From an uncultured Clostridia bacterium (GTDB lineage Bacteria; Bacillota; Clostridia; Christensenellales; Borkfalkiaceae): a DNA stretch of 64,000 nt. The notes below the pieces were generated by a model that saw nothing but the letters and a program-made list of their open reading frames with translations, had not been told where the DNA came from and did no database searches. Shown here in pieces: positions 55,893 through 64,000 of the stretch (position 1 is the first letter of the stretch; the number at the start of each line of letters is the position of its first letter). The stretch spans positions 36,442 to 100,441 of the forward strand of contig CANQMN010000005.1 in the NCBI GenBank assembly GCA_947624965.1. Reading direction: 5' to 3'. Position numbers and translations under genes: made by a program.

Positions 55893-56643
55893 GAAATTTT
55901 TTTCTCCAACTCTGTATTCCCGCCGCGAGCAATCCGAACAAGACGGAAAATACGATGATGAGAATGGGACCCGCGCCTACGGAAATCGCACCGCTGCCGT
56001 CCATCTCTTGTACTTCTGCGCAGATGACGCAGGCGGACACGAATGCGCCGATCCAAACGGCTTGGAACAGCCACGAAATCGGCTCGTATAGCGGAATGTC
56101 CGACCTCGGGATCTCGTGCCACGCGAGCCGTTTCACGAAAAGAAACAGCCATCCGACAAGGGCAACCGCAAGTCCAATCGCGGCGAATGCCAAAACGGCG
56201 GACGAGGACGCGTCCGAAAGATCGTAAACGGAGCCGAGGCTTTGGCTACCCGTGCCGAATAGGATGTCCTTCACCTCGGCGGCGGGCGCAAAACAGAACA
56301 TGAATGTGAGGAAGGAAAACAGCCCGCACAGCGCAAGAGGCAAGACCGCAGAAATTTTATAAATAGATCTCAGCCTGTCTTCGGTAAAAAACGGTGCGGA
56401 GACGCGCACATGGCTTACGGGCACGTGCGGCTCCTCTGCATACGCGGATACATATTCCTCGGGCGCGGTCGCTTTCTCCGCGGGCACACAGCCATCGGCG
56501 GGAAGTCCGCATTCGGAACAAAATTTTGCCGACGGAGCAAGCGGAGTTCCGCACCCGCGGCAAGTGCGTTCTTCACGCTTTGTGCCGCACTCGGGGCAGA
56601 AGTTTCCTTCAAATTCCGTGCCGCAGTTTTTGCATTGGTACAT
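55780..56643 (-). CDS. double zinc-ribbon membrane protein
   Basis: 287 aa. The N-terminus is CKNCG..CPECG...CRGCG..CSECG, followed by about 5 TM segments. The 3' end overlaps the next ORF by 113 nt. Confidence 0.6.
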   Translation of the reverse strand: MYQCKNCGTEFEGNFCPECGTKREERTCRGCGTPLAPSAKFCSECGLPADGCVPAEKATAPEEYVSAYAEEPHVPVSHVRVSAPFFTEDRLRSIYKISAVLPLALCGLFSFLTFMFCFAPAAEVKDILFGTGSQSLGSVYDLSDASSSAVLAFAAIGLAVALVGWLFLFVKRLAWHEIPRSDIPLYEPISWLFQAVWIGAFVSACVICAEVQEMDGSGAISVGAGPILIIVFSVLFGLLAAGIQSWRKKFLAEKIPRLPGGRAGAPHRMEREVCHAEDENKCRRRQK

Positions 56644-56875
56644 CTTTTTTCTCCTTGTTATTCATTTGCGGGCAAAAAAATAAGGACGTTCCAATACGGA
56701 ACGCCCGCAGAGAGTATCCCGCATTGTTGCGACACAAATGAATCTGCGGCGTGGCAGAAAAAGGATACACCTATGCCAGGTTGTACCACGCTGCAAAATC
56801 ATATTCATTTGTGTCGCAAAAGATATTATACCACAAATGCACGCGGAATACAATCATTTTGCCGAAAAAAAGAAA

Positions 56876-56904
56876 GCCGCCGCGGCATCAGCCGCGGCGG
56901 CGCA
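56876..56904 (-). terminator. rho-independent terminator of the GH2 gene
   Basis: GCCGCCGCGG-catca-GCCGCGGCGGC, followed on the reverse strand by TTTCTTTTTTT. Confidence 0.6.
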
Positions 56905-56912
56905 GTTATTTT

Positions 56913-59786
<2,874 letters not shown>

Positions 59787-59925
59787 TCAAACAGATTATA
59801 CCATAAAATGCGCGGGAGCTCAACTGCTTTTCCAAAAAATCGAGCGTTGCGCATATGTGCGGACGGGAAGATAGAATTTGCGCCCGCGCGGCGTTGCCGC
59901 GCGGGCGCACTTTTGCTTTTGAGCG

Positions 59926-60171
59926 TTACGCCTCTTCGGGGCGTTCCTTGATCTCCACGATATACTTTTTGGAATCCTTGGGCGTCGCCGCGCGCACGAG
60001 GGTGCGAAGCGCCTTCGCGATCTTGCCCTGCTTGCCGATGACCTTTCCCATGTCCGAATCGGCGAGAAGAACGGTAACTGTAATGGTTTCCTCCGTCTCC
60101 TCCACCAGATAGTCTACATGCGCCTTGTCCTCGGCGAACTGTTCGACGATGTATTTGATGAGTTCCAACAT
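59926..60171 (-). CDS. khpA: KH-domain RNA-binding protein KhpA
   Basis: 81 aa with the GKVIGKQGKIAKALRTL GxxG KH motif. Confidence 0.8.
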   Translation of the reverse strand: MLELIKYIVEQFAEDKAHVDYLVEETEETITVTVLLADSDMGKVIGKQGKIAKALRTLVRAATPKDSKKYIVEIKERPEEA

Positions 60172-60218
60172 TTCGGTTTCCTCCGTAAACGGTTACCGCG
60201 GCGCGGGACCGCGGACGC

Positions 60219-60512
60219 TTATTTCTTCGACTTCTTGCCCTTCGTCTTGGCGGGAGAGAGCTTTTCGGACTTCTCCATCGCGCCCGCACGAACGAGCAGG
60301 CTCTTCACCGTCTCGGTGGGCTGAACGCCCTTGGCGAGCCAGTCCTTCGCCTTCTCCACGTTCACGTCGAGCGTTACGGGCGTAGACTTTGGATCGTAAA
60401 ATCCGACCTTGTCGATGTACTCGCCCGTGGCGGCTTTGCGCGCATCCACCACGACGATGCGGTAGACGGGAGACTTCTTGTCGCCCATTCTCACCAATCT
60501 CATTTTTACCAT
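60219..60512 (-). CDS. rpsP: 30S ribosomal protein S16
   Basis: ATG at 60512 follows GGAGGA. The start MVKMRLVRMGDKKSPVYRIVV is followed by a Lys-rich tail. Confidence 0.9.
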   Translation of the reverse strand: MVKMRLVRMGDKKSPVYRIVVVDARKAATGEYIDKVGFYDPKSTPVTLDVNVEKAKDWLAKGVQPTETVKSLLVRAGAMEKSEKLSPAKTKGKKSKK

Positions 60513-60561
60513 TTTTGTATCCTCCAAATAATTTTTTTCTTTCAGAATTTATTCCGCGGTC

Positions 60562-61881
60562 TTAAAACGGCAGCCGCATCTTGCCTTTTCCGCCGCGCAT
60601 CCGCTTCATCAGTTCCTTCGTCTGCTCGAATTGTTTGAGGAGCTGGTTGATATCCTGCACCGTCGTGCCAGAGCCCAGCGCGATCCTGCGCTTGCGGGAG
60701 GAGTTGATGATCTGCGGATTGTCGCGCTCCTTCGGGGTCATCGAGAGAATGATCGCGCGGATCCGCTCGATGCGCTTCTCGTCCACATCGCCCTCTTTGA
60801 GCCGCAATTTTCCCGCGCCGGGGAGCATGTTCACGAGCGCGCCCGCGCCGCCCATCCTTTTGAGCGTCTCGAACTGGGTGAGATAATCGGACAGCGTAAA
60901 GGAATTTTCGCGCATCTTGCGCTCCATCTCCTTCGCCTGCTGTTCGGACACCGCCTCCTGCGCCTTCTCGATGAGGGAGAGAACGTCGCCCATGCCCAAG
61001 ATCCTCGACGCCATGCGGTCGGGATAGAAGGGCTCCAAGTCGGTGATCTTTTCGCCCACGCCGATAAATTTGATGGGCTTGCCCGTAACCGCCTTGATGG
61101 AGAGACATGCGCCGCCGCGCGTATCGCCGTCGAGTTTGGTGAGGATGACGCCCGTAACGGAGAGCCGCGCGTTGAACGTCTCGGCGACGTTGACGGCGTC
61201 CTGCCCCGTCATCGCGTCCACGGTGAGAAGGATCTCGGTAACGTCCACTTCCCGCTTGATCTCTTCCAGCTCCTCCATGAGCTTCTCGTCGATATGAAGG
61301 CGACCCGCCGTGTCGATGACGACGGTATCGAACCCCATCTTGCGCGCGTATTCCACCGCCTGTTTCGCCGTCTTGGCGGGGTTTTGCGTGCCCTTTTCAA
61401 AGACTTCCGCCCCCGCCTTTCCGCCGACGATTTTCAGTTGGTCGATGGCGGCGGGACGGTAGATGTCGCACGCGACGAGGAGCGGCCGCTTCCCCTGCTT
61501 TTTGAGCTGGACGGCGAGCTTTGCGCACATCGTCGTCTTGCCCGCGCCTTGGAGCCCGCACATCATGATGACCGTGGGAGGCTTGGGATTCACTTCGAGC
61601 TTGGCGTTCGCGGGTCCCATCAGGGCGATGAGCTCGTCGTTGACGATCTTGATGACCTGTTGGGCGGGATTGAGACTTTGGAGCACTTGCTGTCCCACCG
61701 CCTTTTCGGAAACTTCCGCGATGAACTCTTTGGCGACTTTCAGGTTAACGTCCGCCTCCAAGAGCGCGATACGCACCTCGCGCATCGCCCCCCGAATTTC
61801 GAGCTCGGTGAGCTTCCCGCGCTTGGTGAGCTTGGAAAAGATATGGTTGAGCCGCTCCGAAAGCGAAGCAAAAAGCGCCAT
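60562..61881 (-). CDS. ffh: signal recognition particle protein
   Basis: 439 aa with an NG domain (GLQGAGKTT, DTAGR) and a Met-rich M domain. Confidence 0.92.
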   Translation of the reverse strand: MALFASLSERLNHIFSKLTKRGKLTELEIRGAMREVRIALLEADVNLKVAKEFIAEVSEKAVGQQVLQSLNPAQQVIKIVNDELIALMGPANAKLEVNPKPPTVIMMCGLQGAGKTTMCAKLAVQLKKQGKRPLLVACDIYRPAAIDQLKIVGGKAGAEVFEKGTQNPAKTAKQAVEYARKMGFDTVVIDTAGRLHIDEKLMEELEEIKREVDVTEILLTVDAMTGQDAVNVAETFNARLSVTGVILTKLDGDTRGGACLSIKAVTGKPIKFIGVGEKITDLEPFYPDRMASRILGMGDVLSLIEKAQEAVSEQQAKEMERKMRENSFTLSDYLTQFETLKRMGGAGALVNMLPGAGKLRLKEGDVDEKRIERIRAIILSMTPKERDNPQIINSSRKRRIALGSGTTVQDINQLLKQFEQTKELMKRMRGGKGKMRLPF

Positions 61882-62181
61882 CTATTCCTCCTTTCCGCCC
61901 GAAGCGGATACAAGTTCCGCGATCTCCCCCGCAAGTTCGGGATGACGCGCCGCAATTCTTTGCAAAATTCCCGAAAACCCGAGCCGCTCTTCATAGGAGA
62001 GAAGCTGCCCGCGCGTTTTCTTGATACAGTCCGACACCGCCTGTTTGGTGATGCCCTTCTCCTCGGCGATCTCCGAAAGGGAGAGGTCGCACAGGTAGTA
62101 GAGCGCGCAGATCTCGCGGCGGCTCTTTGTGAGGAGCGAGCCGTAGAGATCGAAAAGCTGTACGTCCCCGAGATCTTTCAT
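61882..62181 (-). CDS. ylxM: YlxM (UPF0122, sigma-70 region-4-like HTH)
   Basis: 99 aa with LLTKSRREICALYYLCDLSLSEIAEEKGITKQAV. It lies immediately upstream of ffh. Confidence 0.8.
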   Translation of the reverse strand: MKDLGDVQLFDLYGSLLTKSRREICALYYLCDLSLSEIAEEKGITKQAVSDCIKKTRGQLLSYEERLGFSGILQRIAARHPELAGEIAELVSASGGKEE

Positions 62182-62201
62182 GTTACGCTCCTTATATCGC
62201 C

Positions 62202-62230
62202 ATTATACCAAAGAAAAAACCGCCCGTCAA
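62202..62230 (-). promoter_or_regulatory. candidate promoter of ylxM-ffh
   Basis: The reverse strand reads TTGACG-17 nt-TGgTATAAT. The -35 is embedded in the upstream terminator hairpin. Confidence 0.45.
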
Positions 62231-62251
62231 GCATTTTTACTTGACGGGGCG
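62220..62251 (-). terminator. terminator of the inserted two-gene unit
   Basis: The reverse strand reads CGCCCCGTCAAG-taaaaatg-CTTGACGGGCGG followed by TTTTTTCTTT. Confidence 0.6.
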
Positions 62252-62268
62252 AAAATTTTTGCAACGCA

Positions 62269-62655
62269 CTACAAAGTGATTTCGTCGGAGACCAAACTCA
62301 ATACGCGGCGCAGAAGCGTAGAACCTTGTTCGAGTTCAAAGACGCCGCGAAAGACGAAATATCCGCCCCAATCGCTCTTTTCAAATACTGCTCTCCTTCG
62401 CACCTCGAGCCCCAAATCGATATTGTCCGGATAGGGTCGCCCGCCCACATATTCTTCGATAATTTTGCCGTTTTGCATCGTATTTCTCCAGCCCGCACGG
62501 ACGACGCCGTCCAATCTCGGCATCCAAAGCATTTCTCCGACGCGCAACAGTATGTAAGATTTCATCCAAACCTTATAGTGCTTGCCGAGCAAGGTATTTA
62601 AGAGTTCCGCATTTGTTTTGGCGTAAATGGTTTCGCCCGCTTTGATTGTTTTCAT
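62269..62655 (-). CDS. hypothetical 128-aa protein (AT-rich insertion)
   Basis: AAGGAG RBS is present. The sequence runs MKTIKAGETIYAKTNAELLN...GGYFVFRGVFELEQ. I recognised no family. The start overlaps the stop of the upstream gene (ATGA). Confidence 0.5.
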   Translation of the reverse strand: MKTIKAGETIYAKTNAELLNTLLGKHYKVWMKSYILLRVGEMLWMPRLDGVVRAGWRNTMQNGKIIEEYVGGRPYPDNIDLGLEVRRRAVFEKSDWGGYFVFRGVFELEQGSTLLRRVLSLVSDEITL

Positions 62656-63398
62656 TTTATTTCTCCTTTTTCATTTTCTATTTCGTCCAATAAAATTTTT
62701 GCCCGCCCGATGACTTCTTCCGAAAAAACGTCGCCGAACTTCTCGATGATGTAGTGCAATGCGCACTCTGTCAGCCCCAAATCGACAATTTTTTTCGCGG
62801 CGGTGAGGCGCACAAGCCGCTCGGGGAAATAGTGGTCGGACACGGTAATATCGGGAATGGGAAGCCGTTTGAGTTGCGGATAGTATTCGATGAAAAACTG
62901 CATACCGCACTCTTCGAGCAGCGTTTTGCAAGTGGCAATATCCTGTTCGGCTTTTTGTTTTCGGGCCTCTTCTGCTTCACGTCTTTTTCGGGCTTCGTCC
63001 GACTTTGCTATGGCTCTTTGCCGTTCTTCTTCATACTTGCCCGTGCGGTCGAACACGACGACTTCCTCGGAGGCGTCCTGCTCGGCTTTAGGGAGGCAAG
63101 GCTTCGCCTCATGTCGCTTCTCTTCCTCTTCGGTTTTCAGTCTCAAAATTTTTTCTATATCCACAATCGCTCTGATTAAAAAAAGTCCCGCGAGGATTAT
63201 AAAAAGTATTCCACCAAAGATAAAGCCCCAAGAATCTTCTTCCGGAACAGTGGAAGTCCCTGTAAACATGACGATCCCCGCAATTAAGAAAAATGTGCCT
63301 ATAATTGCCGCTATTACAGAACGGGCGGTAAGTTCCTTTTTATTTTCGCTTTTCCTGAACCACCAAATAAATATGTAGAAAAAAATTACTTGCAACAT
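62652..63398 (-). CDS. hypothetical membrane protein with charged coiled-coil and C-terminal globular domain
   Basis: ATG at 63398 follows GGAGGAGG. It has 3 TM segments, an EEEEKRHEAK...RKRREAEEARKQKAEQD helix, and then an unknown domain. Confidence 0.5.
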   Translation of the reverse strand: MLQVIFFYIFIWWFRKSENKKELTARSVIAAIIGTFFLIAGIVMFTGTSTVPEEDSWGFIFGGILFIILAGLFLIRAIVDIEKILRLKTEEEEKRHEAKPCLPKAEQDASEEVVVFDRTGKYEEERQRAIAKSDEARKRREAEEARKQKAEQDIATCKTLLEECGMQFFIEYYPQLKRLPIPDITVSDHYFPERLVRLTAAKKIVDLGLTECALHYIIEKFGDVFSEEVIGRAKILLDEIENEKGEIK

Positions 63399-63474
63399 AA
63401 CTTTTTCCTCCTCCAAAGTAAAAAAAGTGCGCCGACCGAAGCCGACGCGCTACAAAACGCAAACTCCGATCGTC

Positions 63475-63615
63475 GCCAAACAATCATGATGAAGCACGGA
63501 ATATCATCCTACCCTCGTCATTGGAATTTGCAGTCCTGCCAAATTCGCACAAGGGTAGTATGTGTCATGCAAATAAAAAGCCCGCGCTCCCGACATGGGC
63601 TCATGATTGTTTGGC
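63475..63615. repeat. perfect 15-bp inverted repeat enclosing a nested hairpin
   Basis: GCCAAACAATCATGA (63475-63489) pairs with TCATGATTGTTTGGC (63601-63615). The inner stem is CTACCCT..GAATTTG-cagtcctgc-CAAATTC..AGGGTAG (about 63509-63558). Confidence 0.7.
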
Positions 63616-63752
63616 ATATTCAGTATAGCACAGTTCAGGCGGCAATGTCAAGCCGAATTTTTTCCGGAAAACCTTGCAAAAACATGTATATTTCAAATAT
63701 CTATTATGCGTGAAACCCGACCGTCGCCAAACGATCGCCGAAACACGAAAAA

Positions 63753-63776
63753 AGAGCGGGGATATTTCCCTGCTCT
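63753..63776 (-). terminator. terminator of ftsY
   Basis: AGAGCGGGG-atattt-CCCTGCTCT, flanked by A6 and T6 runs. Confidence 0.55.
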
Positions 63777-63804
63777 TTTTTATTTAGCCGCTGATATGCG
63801 GTTT

Positions 63805-64000
63805 TTAGATGAATCCCTCGACAAACTGCTCGGCGTCGAAGAGTTCGATATCGTCGATCTTCTCGCCGACGCCCGCAAAGACGACGGGCACTTTGAGTTC
63901 GCCGCACAGGGAAAACACAAACCCGCCCTTTGCCGTACCGTCCAACTTCGTCAAGACGATGCCGTCGAGGTCCACCGCTTCCTTGAACACTTTCGCCTGC
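63805..64000 (-). CDS. ftsY: signal recognition particle receptor FtsY (C-terminal fragment, N-terminus beyond window)
   Basis: GIVLTKLDGTAKGG...PVVFAGVGEKIDDIELFDAEQFVEGFI is the conserved SRP-GTPase C-terminus. The frame is open to the window edge. Confidence 0.8.
   Translation of the reverse strand, partial: QAKVFKEAVDLDGIVLTKLDGTAKGGFVFSLCGELKVPVVFAGVGEKIDDIELFDAEQFVEGFI

Noticed and set aside
54479-56904. The two near-identical GC hairpins as terminal inverted repeats of a mobile element.
   Set aside because: Each is itself a palindrome followed by a T tract in the sense of the upstream gene, so each works as an ordinary terminator. A third similar hairpin at 51666-51693 shows this is a common terminator style here. 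No transposase is present.
59881-59910. The GC hairpin GCGCCCGCGCGG-cgtt-GCCGCGCGGGCGC as something more than a terminator.
   Set aside because: It sits directly downstream of khpA and upstream of the GH2 promoter, so it is consistent with a plain transcription terminator or insulator.

Overview
The window looks like a chromosomal segment from a high-GC, spore-forming Clostridia-like Firmicute (inferred from gene content such as CotF-like, SpoVB-like and McsAB-ClpC genes, and from GC-rich third codon positions). Most of it is densely packed housekeeping genes. These include pfs-luxS, ung, mcsA-mcsB-clpC, argS, ychF, nth, tig-clpP-clpX, rqcH, cysK-metF-(activation domain)-metH, pgi, GH2 beta-galactosidase, and khpA-rpsP-ffh-ylxM-ftsY. 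I saw no rRNA, tRNA, CRISPR array, transposase or integrase. Many long ORFs in the supplied track are antisense shadows of real genes, which is typical of GC-rich DNA. Two edge-truncated genes (1-1209 and 63805-64000) are missing from the track. The most unusual region is 30.3-37.5 kb. There a 1432-aa surface lipoprotein gene with AT-richer sequence is bracketed by two non-coding arrays of 1.5 kb and 1.1 kb. The arrays are built from GC-rich palindromic units, carry seven identical G-quadruplex-type 20-mers all on one strand, and include a 113-bp direct repeat on each side of the gene. The promoter of this gene has a G9 homopolymer in its -35/-10 spacer. The other large surface lipoprotein in the window (LRR/BspA-like) has a G9 run just after its signal peptide. 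Together these suggest phase-variable contingency loci. Other points of interest are: a SigB/F-type sigma operon with two divergent RsbW-like proteins flanking sigma plus a CPYC redox protein; an AT-richer two-gene insertion splitting the conserved ftsY / ylxM-ffh locus, with a structured inverted-repeat element beside it; a 129-bp tandem duplication of the rqcH 3' end; and mcsAB-clpC without ctsR. All functional calls rest on motif recognition by eye, since no searches were run.
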